Made by a program: the position numbers and the translations under genes. The notes below the pieces were generated by a model. That model was given only the letters and a program-made list of their open reading frames with translations, did no database searches and was not told the DNA's origin. A DNA stretch of 64,000 bases from Eledone cirrhosa (Eukaryota): positions 225,494,001-225,558,000 of the forward strand of contig OZ024741.1 in the NCBI GenBank assembly GCA_964016885.1, in the 5' to 3' direction. Below are positions 51,186 to 64,000 of the stretch, piece by piece. Positions within the stretch are counted from its first letter, which is position 1. The number at the start of each line of letters is the position of its first letter.

Positions 51186-51711
51186 GGAATATCAATTCAC
51201 ATATTTCAAATATCTTTATTGCGTCTACGCAGTGATTTCCCTTTCTGCCTATGTCTGTCTCGCAATTTTTTATTTCCTATGCCATGCTTAAATCTATGTA
51301 TCTTTTTCGCCACACAACTCACATAAGTTGTCTCTCTTTTTCTTTTATCTTTTCTTATTTCTTTCTTTCTTTTCTTGAATCCATGTTTACCTGATGAGAT
51401 TCTGAAAGATGTTCATACCATAGAAATAATTAATTCAGTGACTAATTAATTTAGCCGATTGGTACTACATATCACCCAATGGAAACTGTTGTAGAAATAA
51501 ATGGTTTTAACTGAGTAAACCTGTGGTTATTTCCTTTGAATTGAACACACACACACACACACATCCAAACATACACACACATAGACACGCACAAACACAT
51601 ACACACACATATGTATACATGTGTGTGTGTATGTTTGTGTGTGCGCTTGAACGTATGTACGTATGTATGTATGTATGTATGTATGTATGTATGTATGTAT
51701 GTATGTATGTA

Positions 51712-52020
51712 TGTTCTTCTTTTTGGTAAATATCATCTTGGTTAAGAGAGTGGGACTGGCTTTGTGCAGTGCCTTTGCTCACTATAAAAGCTTCACGGCA
51801 CAGGCATTGCTTTATATCTGGAGATCTCTCTGCACTTGTCGTCACATGGTACCATGGGCCCAAAACTATGTGTCAATAATTGTCACAAGTGTAGTGTTTG
51901 TACCAGAGTTTTCAACTCGCTGGCTTGACTAAAAAGTCACACTCGTTCAGCGCATCGGTAGGGGTTCTCCTACATGGATATAAAGTAGTGGCCGTACTCG
52001 AAAACGAGTTGGCAGCCACC
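51712..52020 (+). mobile_element. Family A 5'-truncated copy
   Basis: Matches 18350-18657; in (ATGT)n. Confidence 0.88.
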
Positions 52021-52034
52021 ATGTATGTATGTAT

Positions 52035-53306
52035 GTTCTTCTGGTTTTATAATTTCACATGTGTTTTCCCAATAGAGAGAGAGTCGGTTTATTACATAGA
52101 CACAAGACTCTCTCATTGGAATTTACACAACATCAACTAGGTATGCATGCATGCATGTGTAGATATTGATGTTATTGTATGTGTGGATGTTTATGTTTTG
52201 AGTTTTATCTGTACATGTGTATAAGCAGTTATTAGATGCAACACTTTTGGAATGTTTTACATATTTTTACTGTTCCATTAATGGGTTGTATTTGTAATTT
52301 CCTAACTAGTTGTGTTCTTTCTGTTCCTAGCTTCTCAAGATTTGTATTGAGGAAGTTACTAACATACTCCTGTGCCCCAATAATCACAGGCATAAAGCTG
52401 AAGGTGTAATCAGGGTGGAGTATCTGCAGATTTCTCATCAGTTCTGGATAAATAGTCTCCTTTTCGCTAATCTTTGATATTATATTGGCATCTGCTGGGC
52501 AGCTAATTTCCACTACTGTGCATGCTTTCTTCTCCTTGTCCCATATCATGATATATGGTCTGTTATGCCTGCATTTTATTGGAGTTTTTACTGGAACATT
52601 CCACCAGTACTCTTTCTTATTATGTACATGGATGTCTTCCACATTGCTGTAGCTTTTAATGTGTTTAGTATCGGGGCTATATTTCCTACGGATTGCATTG
52701 TACAGTGTTTTGGCCACTACATCATGCCTCATAGGTAGATAGTACCACGATGACATCTTTGGACAGCTGCTTATGACATGGGTGATATCCTCGATGTTAG
52801 TTCTGCAGAGTCTGCACTTGTTATCACATCTAGGTGTTTTGCCTGCATCTCTATCTCTTCTGTGAATCAGGTATTTCGTGTTAATCTCCTGTTCTTGGAT
52901 TGCAAAAGCGTATTCTTCAAAGTGGGAATCAATATAGTGGTTATTGGTCCAAGATAGACTACTTTCCTTATCTATATTACTCTCACTCTGGAGCTTCCTG
53001 GCAACATATCCATGCATGATTTTTTGCTGATAAGCATGCAGTTTTTCATCCATGGATTCATTGCGATACTGCTGAGCGACTTCCCTGGGTGTGAGCTTTT
53101 GATTATCACACAGGGAATATCTCTCGAGGAGTTCCTTCCCAACTCTCATGATCTTATCTGTTTCATGCAGATAGACTTCCTCGAGAGACGGGCTCCTACG
53201 CTTCGAGGTTCGTAGATGTTGTCGGAGAGATATGATGCGACATTCACATGCTGTCTGAACTGATGTTAGGCTTCTGCCTCCCTGCTTACGTTTCAAGTAA
53301 AGGCGC
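52035..53306 (-). mobile_element. R4/Dong family C, 5'-truncated; 354-aa open CCHC plus RLE region
   Basis: ORF 52232-53296; same 3' terminus directly in the ATGT tail of the family A copy. Confidence 0.9.
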
Positions 53307-53896
53307 TATGTATGAATGTATGTACGTACGTAGTACGTATGTATGTATGTCTGTACGTACGTAACGACGTATGTATGTATGGACGTATGTATGTACGTAC
53401 GTTGTATGTATGTATCTTTGTATATATGTATGTATGTATGTATGAATGCGCGCGTGTGTATGTGTTAGAAAGTGGTTATAAATTTAATTTTCTCTCTGTA
53501 TTATTACAATGCTATACGCTTATAAAAAGTAAATAAAAATACAATAGAAAAATACTGCTTTATCTTTTGGAGGAGGTCTCTGAATTTATCTTTTATTAGA
53601 CTTTTAGAAAATATTCCATTTTAGAAAGAAAATGATTGGATAATTTATAATAAAACAACAGCATCAACAACAGTAGCAGCAATGTCACCAAGAGTTCATT
53701 ATGTTATCATTTCTAAAAGTTAGATTGCGAATTTTACTCAGTAGTTCATACATCAAAGAACAAATATCAGGTTTAGATGTTCCCTTAACAGATATGTTGC
53801 TGGCTCTCAACAGAACAACAAAGCGACAATGTGTGTACATGTGTGTTTGTAGAGATATGTGTATATATGTTTAAACCCCCCAGCCCCACCCACCCT

Positions 53897-53961
<65 letters not shown>

Positions 53962-54007
53962 TATATCTATATATCTTTACACACACACACACACACACAC
54001 GCACACT

Positions 54008-54151
<144 letters not shown>

Positions 54152-54218
54152 TATATATATATATCTTTACACACACACACACACACGCACACACATACAC
54201 ATATATATATATATATAA

Positions 54219-54322
54219 TATAGGAATGTCTTCTACAGGACTAGAAATGTTTCATTCGAAAGAAATCCTGATGATTTCCTTCGAATGAAACAGTTCTAGT
54301 CCTGTAGAAGACATTTCTATAT
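54219..54322. repeat. About 100-nt near-perfect hairpin containing a CTGATGA...GAAAC...GTC hammerhead remnant
   Basis: ATGTCTTCTACAGGACTAGAAATGTTTCATTCGAA / TTCGAATGAAACAGTTCTAGTCCTGTAGAAGACAT. Confidence 0.8.
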
Positions 54323-54454
54323 TATAAATTTATACACTCTGCTATGTATTGAGTACCTTACTTACTGTGGTTACCCCCTGATTGAACCCGGGACACACAC
54401 ACATACACAGACACAGACACAGATACACACACACAGACACAGACGCAGACACAC

Positions 54455-54526
<72 letters not shown>

Positions 54527-54529
54527 TAA

Positions 54530-56165
54530 AATAACAGATTAAAATTTAACGGGATCTTCTGAAACTAACAAAGTCAATCTGTAAACGCAGAACTGGATAT
54601 TTCAAAAAACATTGTAACCGGAGGAAGACAGGAAGACGATACTTTGGTTCGTGGAAACGTTCCCTGGCAAAGAACGGGAAAAAACGAATATAATACGTCA
54701 TTAATAGGAGCGGTGAAAAACAATTACGCGCAAAGACAGAACCACGTTTATGGTATAAAAGAGGTCGTAGACTAATGTTCTCTTAGGTGGTGCATAGAGA
54801 CGTTCTCTGGCAATGAACGAAAAAACGAAGATAATAAGTCATATGTGAATAGTTTCAAGCAGCCTCCTTACATGCATACCCATTCTTTTCATTACCCTCT
54901 AAGAAGGAATATGACGTCACTTTCAGCTTATATCTGGAGTCTAAAAGACAACCACACCCAATATAAGTTACACTGGGAGATCCTAGCTAGGGCTAGATCG
55001 TATAACGGAAATAAAAGACCATGTGACCTCTGCGCCGCTGAGGCCCTGGAAATACTCTACGCCACAGACCACATCTTAAACAAAAAATCTGAGGCAATTT
55101 CGGCTTGTAAACATAAATTGCACAAAGAATTTCCTGTATTACAGCCCAACGTTATACCCTAACGGATAGCACGATCTATACGTAGATATTTTACGTCTTG
55201 ATGTGGGAGCTAAGTATATGTTTTGTTTATTCCTTTACTTATTTGCATAGGTAAGTATATATTACCCGTATGTTTTGTGAAGGTATGTATACCTTCTCGT
55301 ACGTATATTTGACTGGTAAAGCGTATAATTTTTACATATTCTGGTATTTAGGGTTTGGCTATGTTTATACGGGAGTTTTTCGTCTGCGTGAGTATGCAGG
55401 TTCGTACGTATGGTGGGTGTGTGTATATGTGTACTTCTTGTTTTAGTTGACTTACGTCTCCGAACATTCGTGTATTTATATGTAGGTATGTGTGTGCGCT
55501 TGTTATATACGTATTTATTTACTTATATACGTTTATATAATTATTTATTTATTTGTATACACGCATACACACACACACACATATTTATATGTGCGTGGTT
55601 TTGTATACCTATGGTAAGGTTTTGCGTATGCTTGTGTATGTACGTATCTGTTTGCGTGTATGTATTTATTTGTTTCTATTACTTCTGTATTGTATTTATT
55701 TACTTTGTTCTTAACTCTGTAGCGGAGATTTATTTGGTCTCCTAGTTAGAATTTTAGTCTACGACTTCTGCTATACCATTTACGTGGTTTTGTCTTTGCG
55801 TGCTATTGTTCTCCGCGCTCCACATATGACTTATTATCTTCGTTTTTTCGTTCATTGCCAGAGAACGTCTCTATGCACCACCTAAGAGAACATTAGTCTA
55901 CGACCTCTTTTATACCATAAACGTGGTTCTGTCTTTGCGCGTAATGGTTTTTCACCGCTCCTATTAATGACGTATTATTCGTTTTTTCCCGTTTTTTGCC
56001 AGCGAACGTTTCCACGAACCAAAGTATCATCTTCCTGTCTTCCTCCGGTTGCAACGTTTTTTTAAATATCCAGTTCTGCGATTACAGATTGACTTTGTTA
56101 GTTTCAGAAGATCCCGTTAAGGGTGAAAGCAGCGATTCTTTGCTTAAACTTTAATCTGTTATTTT
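54530..56165 (+). mobile_element. Penelope-like GIY-YIG C-terminal fragment enclosed by about 320-bp inverted arms
   Basis: ORF 54845-55162 TSLSAYIWSLKD...WEIL...CDLC..EALEI...LNKKSEAISACKH; 54530-54847 is inverted at 55821-56165. Confidence 0.8.
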
Positions 56166-56256
56166 AATAAATATTTGCTCTACGGTTCTTATATATTTGA
56201 TATATATTTTCCTTATCGAGCCTTCTTTGGATTTTAGTCTTCAATTTTATTATTAT

Positions 56257-56935
<679 letters not shown>

Positions 56936-57155
56936 ATGAAAAAGTGAAATGATACGTTTAAATTTGGTTTACCACTGGGTAGAATTGGTCATTCTGCAAT
57001 GTTAACCTTGACGGGATATGAGAAAAGCACTCGACGTTATGCAACTCTTCAATGTTGAGTCATGTTGGTGGTGCGGGAACAGAGTAAATGTATTATAAAA
57101 TGAAATGATAGGAGGCCAAATATGTTGAATTTCCTTAATGTTTTTATTACTGTAA

Positions 57156-57213
57156 ACACTATGCACATTTCAGTGACCAGGTTGCGTAAGAACCCGGTGA
57201 CATCATCAGGTGT
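57156..57213 (-). ncRNA. Minimal hammerhead-like motif in a dispersed repeat
   Basis: ACAC-CTGATGA-[TGTCACCGGGTT-CTTACGC-AACCTGGTCACT]-GAA-ATGTGCAT-A-GTGT. Confidence 0.55.
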
Positions 57214-57359
57214 AAATTGTGTAATAGATGTATACAAACGGAATGATGGTGAGTTTTAAGGAAACAAGCAAAGAAAAAAAAGACAGAGGAAAAAGTGTGT
57301 GCTATGTTTTTTACTCAGAGACGGACGTCGTAGTAGGCTGCCACATTGCTCACCCGCCT

Positions 57360-59225
57360 CTGAGGCAACCTCACCATTGAAGTCGTAGACAAGCTCCCAC
57401 TGCCATTGCCTCCATCTCACCAGCTCTCCTCATCTCTCACTATTGTGAGCAAATGGGGGCGCACGCACTGGCCGCCCGGCGGACAGAATGGCGGACAGAA
57501 GGCGTTTTCCCGGAGTATGATGAGGGAGACGCGCTGAAAGAGCCATTCCATCTCCGAGGCTCACACCAGCGGGTAGCCAACTCTGATAGTGGTAAGCAGG
57601 GAGGTGGTCCTAGAGCCAAGGACACCAGAAGCCTCCACTGCTACGGGCCCGACCGCAAACCTATCGGAGAGCGACCGATATTTGGAGAGTTTAATCTCCT
57701 CGATCCGAAGTGTAGTAGAGCCTTGGTTAGTCGCGGTGTCTGGCTCCATGCCTTACCCTCCTTTTCAACTGGCTGCGAATCAGGTTTCCCTGAGGCTCGG
57801 CCTCCGGATCTGCGAGCCACATATATGCTGCTGTGGATCCACCGTAGACGCTTTCGGCCTCCACTCGCTGTCCTACCGCTCCAGTGCCCGCCGGCCGCCT
57901 CCCACGACATGCTGCTCTCAACGAGGTCATCAAGCATGGCTTGGATGCTGCAGACTTCCCCTACTAGCTCGAGCTGGTGGTGCTGGACCGAGGAGACGGC
58001 AAAAGGCCAGACGGTATGACCATCTTCCCGTTCCGAGGTGGTAAACCCCTCATCAGGCCGAACGAAAACATTCGAGATGCTGTTGGTCGAGCTGGAGCGC
58101 TAACTTGCCCAAGGCCATGCTGCACTGGATGACATCCCATATACTCTGGGGTATCTGGCGTCTACAGGGGCGGAGTACGAGCCGCTTCTAAGTCTTGCAG
58201 GCGGCCTCACATTCCTCGATCGCAGTTGGTACCATTATGTTTTGGAGAACCATGTTGATGAGGATGCGGCAAGAGGTTACCGACAAAAGTAACGCCGGCA
58301 AAGCCAGCGAGACCGGACTGGAGTCCTGAGACCAAGGCCACTATTTCTAACAGGTAAGGTGGCTGTTGCCATCCAAAGTCATCAAACCTGACGTTGCATA
58401 TTCAGCTGCCGCTCCGATACAACTGTTGAGGTGAGCGGGGAGAGATGCGTAGCTGTAGCAAGGAGTGCAATGTAGTGTGTAGAGGAGCTTCGGTATGGTG
58501 AAGCAGTTCCTCAACAGAAAGGGAGATGGATGGGTATTAATCATGCCCAGTCTCCTCGTGAGGGTTATGAGTTGCTGGAACCTGGACCTAATGGTGGAGC
58601 GGATGGCCGACGGGCGGATCGGCGACCCGAGGATGAGGACATCCTATTTCAGGGTCACCTGCATCTGGCGGAGAAAAGATCGCAAGTCCGAGACAGAGGA
58701 TGGAAAATCTTCTGCATCGTAGTTGACATTCACCACGACTTGGAGAAGTTGACCTCCAGGACGATTCTCGCCAGAGCGGGAACCACCGATTTCAGGTAGT
58801 GGCAGACAGTCCCCATGTCCCCGTCCAATGTGGCATCATCCAGTTACCAAACGTTGAAAGGGGTCATAATGTTCCGAGCAATGGGTTCTATACTGAGAGC
58901 AAAGAAGATGGGGCCCAAAGGGTCACCCTGTTGGACCCCAGTGGTTGAAGGTATGACTGTGTCAGCAGCAAGGAGCATGCCCGGGGCTCCATACGAAAGG
59001 TAGGCCAGCGGGTAGACAGAGGGGGATCGGCTGAGGCAAGCCTCGAGTAGATGGTCACGGCGTGGGTAGTAAAGTAATTCCTCACATCAAGCTTGACAAT
59101 GAGGTGCCTGGCGTCCCTCGACACCGGTTCCGGTGAGCAGCTGTTGAAGAACTGCCTAGCTTCATGTGAGGCCTCCTCGCACCCACCGGACACGCCAAAC
59201 CCTAGGTGCACCGGGATGAGTTCCT
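57360..59225 (-). mobile_element. CRE-clade non-LTR retrotransposon (RT plus RLE), decayed, with internal inversion
   Basis: LGFGVSGGCE.A.H.AR, KLDVRN, GVQQGDPLGP.FFAL, FLLRNCFTIPKLLY; WLHALP...CCCGSTVDAFGLH...GKRPDG on the opposite strand; PVAVEASG...WLFQRVS. Confidence 0.85.
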
Positions 59226-59499
59226 CTTAATATATCTATAGATATATTAAGTATTACTCTCAAGAGTGCTTTTTATATGCAAATTAGCCTTTATATATGC
59301 AAATTAGTCTATATAATTTATTTAATAGTGTGTTTATAAGAAATATCACTGTGGATGTTTAAAGCGATTAATATGTTGTCTGATGAAATATGAACACTTG
59401 ATTGAAACTGCTCCGGTTGTCTCCCGCTTGACATTGAAATCAAGTGAATCTTTATTTTGTTATTGATAAAGCCTATTCAGAGTGTTCATGTGTTATATG

Positions 59500-60205
59500 A
59501 TTATTTAACCCGAGGTCATATTTAACCCTAGGTAATGTTTAACCCTAGGTCATTGCTTAACCCTATGTAATGTTTAACCATAGGTAATGTTTAACCGTAA
59601 GTCATTGCTTAACCCTAGGTAATGTTTAACCCTAGGTCATTGTTAAACCCTAGGTAATGTTTAATTCTAGGTCAAGTTTATCCCTAGGTCATGTTTAACC
59701 CTAGTTCATGTTTAATCCTAGTTCATGTTTAACCCTAGGCCATGTTTAGCCCTAGGTCCTGTTTAACCTAGGTCATGGCTAACCTAGGGCTTGTTTAACC
59801 CTAGTTCTCTTTTAACCCTAGTTCATGTTTAACCTAGGTCATGTTTAACCCTAGTTCATGTTTAACCTAGGTCATGTTTAGCCTTAGTTCATGTTTAACC
59901 CGTTCATGTTTAACCCTAGGTCATGTTTGACCCTAGTTCATGTTTAACCTAGGTCATGTTTAACCTTAGTTCATGTTTAACCCGTTCATGTTTAACCCTA
60001 GGTCATGTTTAACTCGAGGTCATGTTTAACCCGAGGTCATGTTTAACCGAGGTCATGTTTAACTGTAGGTCATGTTTAACCTTAGTTCATCTTTAACCCG
60101 AGGTTTTATTTAACCCGCGGTCATGTTTAACCCTAAGTCATGTTTAACCCTAGGTCATGTTTAACCCTAGGTCATGTTTAACCTTAGTTTATCTTTATCC
60201 TTGGG
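59500..60205. repeat. About 17-bp minisatellite (GTCATGTTTAACCCTAG)
   Basis: Roughly 40 degenerate units by direct reading. Confidence 0.9.
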
Positions 60206-60239
60206 TTACTGTTTATCCGTTTGTCAGTCAAATTTTCCT

Positions 60240-61730
60240 CAAAACAAGCGAAGTACTCCACATGCTAAAAGTAGTAACCAAGTCTCCCTTAAATCACTCA
60301 TTACTGTCTGAAACCAAATAAAACTCTATGTGATAGCTATATATGCTAGAAATAGCAACCAAACCCCCCTTAAATCACTCATTACTGTCTGAAACCAAGC
60401 GAACCTCCACATGCTAAAAATAGTGACCAGGCTTCTTTAAATCACTCATTACTGTCTGAAACCAAATAAAACTCTATGTGATCGCTATATATGCTAGAAA
60501 TAGTAAACAAATTTCCTCTTTTATCTCACTCATTACTGCCTGAAACCAAGTCTATATCATCGCTATATACGCTAGAAATAGCAACTAAATATCCCATAAA
60601 TCACTCATTACTGCCTGAAACTAAGTGAACTTGTATGGGATCATTATATATGCTAGAAATAGCAACTAAACCTCCCTTAAATTACTCATTACTGTCTGAA
60701 ACAAAGCGAACCTCCACATGCTAAAAATAGTAACCAGTCTTCCTTAAATCACTCATTACTGTCTGAACCCAAATGAACCTCTATATGATCGCTATATCTG
60801 CTAGAAATAGCAACCAAATCTCCCTTAAATCACTCATTACTGTCTGAAACCAAATGAACTTCAATGGGCTCGCTATGTATGCTAGAAATAGCCACCAAAT
60901 CTCGCTGATATTGGTTATAAATATATGAAAAGTTGTAATCCTCTATGTGGTCGCAAAAATGCTAGAAATAGTAGTCAATTCTTACTGAAATCATTAATGA
61001 ATATCTGTAAAAAGAAAGAAGTAAGCCACATGTGACTACAACACATGCCAGAGACAGAGTGCATATCTCCCCCAAATCAATCACTTGTGTTTGAAAAGAT
61101 TTGAACCTCTATGTGGTCGGTATACATGTTAGTAATAGAAGCTACAAATCCCTTAAACCACTCTTTACTGCCTGAAGGCAAGTGACCCTCTATATGACCA
61201 TTTTCCATGCTAGAAAGAGCAGCTTAATCTCCCTCAAATCACAATATGACCTCCATAAATCAAGTGAACCTTTATGCGGTCACTGATTAACATTACACAG
61301 TAAACTCATATGTTATGTCACTATTTAAACATGGGTCTCTTTATCAGTAAATTTGATAGCTTAATGTAATATCACTGTTTAACCCTAGGTCATTGTTTAT
61401 CCCTCCGTCTGCCATACTTTTTTTCAATACAAATGAATCTCCATATGGTTGCAACACATGCTAGAATTAGCAGCCAGATCCCTTTCTAATCTATCATTTC
61501 CGTCTAAAAACAAGCGAATCTTTGTGTTCGTTTCACATGCTAGAAATTGCAGCCAAACTTCCCTCAAATTAATCATCTTCGTCTGAGAAAAAAAAACCAT
61601 GATGCTCTCAGTAGACATGCTAGAAATTTCAGTCACAAATCTCTCAAATCACTCTTTTCTCTCTGAAAACAAATGAACTTCTATGCAATAGCTTTCCATG
61701 CTAGAAAGAGCAGCCAAATCGTATTCACGC
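60240..61730. repeat. About 70-80-bp degenerate tandem repeat (ATGCTAGAAATAGCAACCAAA...TTAAATCACTCATTACTGTCTGAAA)
   Basis: TGCTAGAAA/TGCTAAAA recurs about every 70-80 bp, increasingly degenerate rightwards. Confidence 0.8.
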
Positions 61731-61839
61731 CATGCATTACCACCTGGAATTAAGCGAATTTTTATGTGGTTAACGAATAACCTTGCTTATACGTAATGTA
61801 ACTGTTTAACCCGAAGATGCTGTTTAACCGTAAGCCAAC

Positions 61840-62136
61840 CATTTGGAGCAGATACAAACTATGCAGTGTGTAAATGTTTAAACATGACTAGGAGCTGGTG
61901 TTGGTCGTGCAAAAGTCACTCTTCCAAAATGGGGATATTTAAAGGATGGGGACATTGTGTGTGACTGCAGCATCGAACCACAGACTACGAAGCACCTCCC
62001 TACTGGAACACCCCTTCGCAGCATTGGACTTGGCAGAGCTTAATGAGAGAGGACAGCAATGTGTTCAGCAGTGGTGGAACCACATTTAGCCAAGCTTTGT
62101 AACCGACACTCTTGTGGACAGACACGAGAAGAAGAA
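61840..62136 (+). mobile_element. Possible 3' end of an RTEX-like LINE
   Basis: Frameshifted CLN...GVGRAKVTLPKWGY...CDCSIEPQTTKHL followed by short GAAGAAGAA tail. Confidence 0.55.
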
Positions 62137-63943
62137 TTATGTAACATTACTGTTTAATCATAGAACATTCTTTATCCGTTTGTGGAACAAAAATGTGTAG
62201 AACAAAACTTTCCTTTACTTCCTGATCACCCATTGTTAACATCTAACTCTATTGATTACATTTTAATCTTTAATTGATTTGATTTGATCATCCCACCAAC
62301 CTATGTTCATCCAAGCACCATAACATCTATTATCCTCGATTGATTTGATTTATTTGCACAATTTTTGCATAAACACTCCTGTCTGTATGTTTGTTTGTGT
62401 GCGTGTGTGTGTATGTAAGTATGTGTGTGTGCTTGTGTGCTTGTGTGTGTTTGTGTTTGCTTGTGTGTGTATGTGTGTGTGTTTGTTTGTGTGTGTATGT
62501 GTGTGTGTATGTTAGTGAATGTGTGTGTTAGTGAATGTGTGTGTGTTAGTGAATGTGTGTGTGTTGTGTGTATCGATGTTTCATCAATAAACAAATTTTG
62601 AATGCAAAGCATGCAACTAAAGCGAAGGCGCATACGCCTTTGATAAGTCAGCACAATTCTTTTCCCTAGCTGATGTGACTTCAGCAGTAAGCTGGAAGAA
62701 TATGAACTAGGGTACATCACTCTGAAGAAAATTAAAGATTAAAGGGAAATAACTTGCTGCGATTTCTAAAATATGGAAGTCAGGATATACTCGTATGTAT
62801 ATAAGCAAATTTGTCAAGAGAACGCCGGTGGCATACATATCTGATGTATGAGGTGTTCGGGCGCACACTCACATACACATATACATGTGCAACGCCTAAC
62901 ATACATATGCATATATTTTCACCTATAGATATCTGCGTACATACATACCAGTACATTCATCTATAAATAAAGGAAGAAGCTATGTAGCCGGTCTCGGTAA
63001 AACAGACTCCCAGGTGTCAGGTAACTTGCGTTGCGGCCCGAATTAAGACAATTGTTAAGACAATTTGAAATTTTTTCAAAAATCAATTTAAAAAAAAGAC
63101 AAGTTAAATTCATTTAGTCATCATCGTATTATAATTCTGCTTGTGTTTTGTCCATTCGTAACGTTTTAGTTACATCTACTGAGTTCCATGGCTTAAGAAT
63201 TTTAGCACAGACAAATATTTTCGAAATAAAGAATTTTAGCAGAAAGTCATGGCCTGGATTAAAGATAGTAGCCACTACCTGGGTTCTAAAACTATTTATT
63301 ATTTTGTGGTAAAATAATCTTCCGGGACCCTGGCTAGAATTGCATCCCTTTAGGGTTTACCAGTAAAATAAGATTAAAAAGCATGTTTGTATATTTTGCC
63401 CGGACCGGCTACGTAGCCTATTCCATAAAGAAATATTGGCAGATATATAAAGACAACTTCACCTTCTCGCATACGCATTCATACACACGCTCAACTACAG
63501 TCGGCACTAATCCATATACACATTTATAACAGAGGCGTACATGAAGGCATACAAAATGTATGTATGTGTAATAAACATATTTAAATCTCGCAATGAATCT
63601 TTTAATATTAATACCGACACGTATATATGTTATTATACATATTGTATATTACTTCATGTACATCTCTATCATGAAACACGCTATGTTAGTGCTATTATCA
63701 ATATATTTATATGTGCGTATAAATATATCCTTATAAGTATATCCATGCAAACATACGTGTATTCGGACGCTTCTGTATTAATTTTCATTCGTCGAACTTC
63801 TGTTGTTTTAAATACACCATCCACGGGATACCACATCCTCGGTGGATGATCTGCAACACGTTGAGTGCTTTAATTCTTTGCATCACCTTTTACTAAGAGA
63901 AATCACCAGTTCCAAATAACATAACACACACACACACAAAGAA

Positions 63944-63975
<32 letters not shown>

Positions 63976-64000
63976 AGATCAAAAGATGGTTAAAAGAGTT

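Noticed and set aside
51381-51506. CTGATGA...GAAAC hammerhead candidates (also 59375-59425)
   Set aside because: Stems I and II do not pair convincingly
54219-54322. Pre-miRNA
   Set aside because: Hairpin is better explained as a repeat-derived foldback; no expression evidence

Overview
This is AT-rich, microsatellite-dense eukaryotic (animal) DNA. The SINE and LINE repertoire looks cephalopod/octopus-like, but that is recognition only and was not checked. I see no convincing host gene; most long ORFs in the track are translated microsatellites or decayed retrotransposon ORFs. The window is a nested collection of non-LTR retroelements: (1) an RTE/BovB-type LINE ending in three tandem C2H2 zinc fingers; (2) three short non-autonomous RTE-derived families sharing a putative pseudoknot and a covarying 3' stem-loop; (3) R4/Dong-type RT+RLE elements, two families in (TAA)n and two others always in (ACAT)n/(ATGT)n; (4) CRE-type RT+RLE fragments; (5) Penelope-like RT/GIY-YIG remnants with several minimal type I hammerhead ribozyme motifs and foldback structures; (6) tRNA-derived SINEs and a hAT-type MITE; (7) tandem arrays of 127 bp, 119 bp (derived from an RTE ORF), about 17 bp and about 70-80 bp. 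The most interesting pattern is an orientation-locked (ATGT)n niche: RTE-type elements make and occupy ATGT tracts in sense orientation, while R4/Dong-like families occupy the same tracts in antisense.
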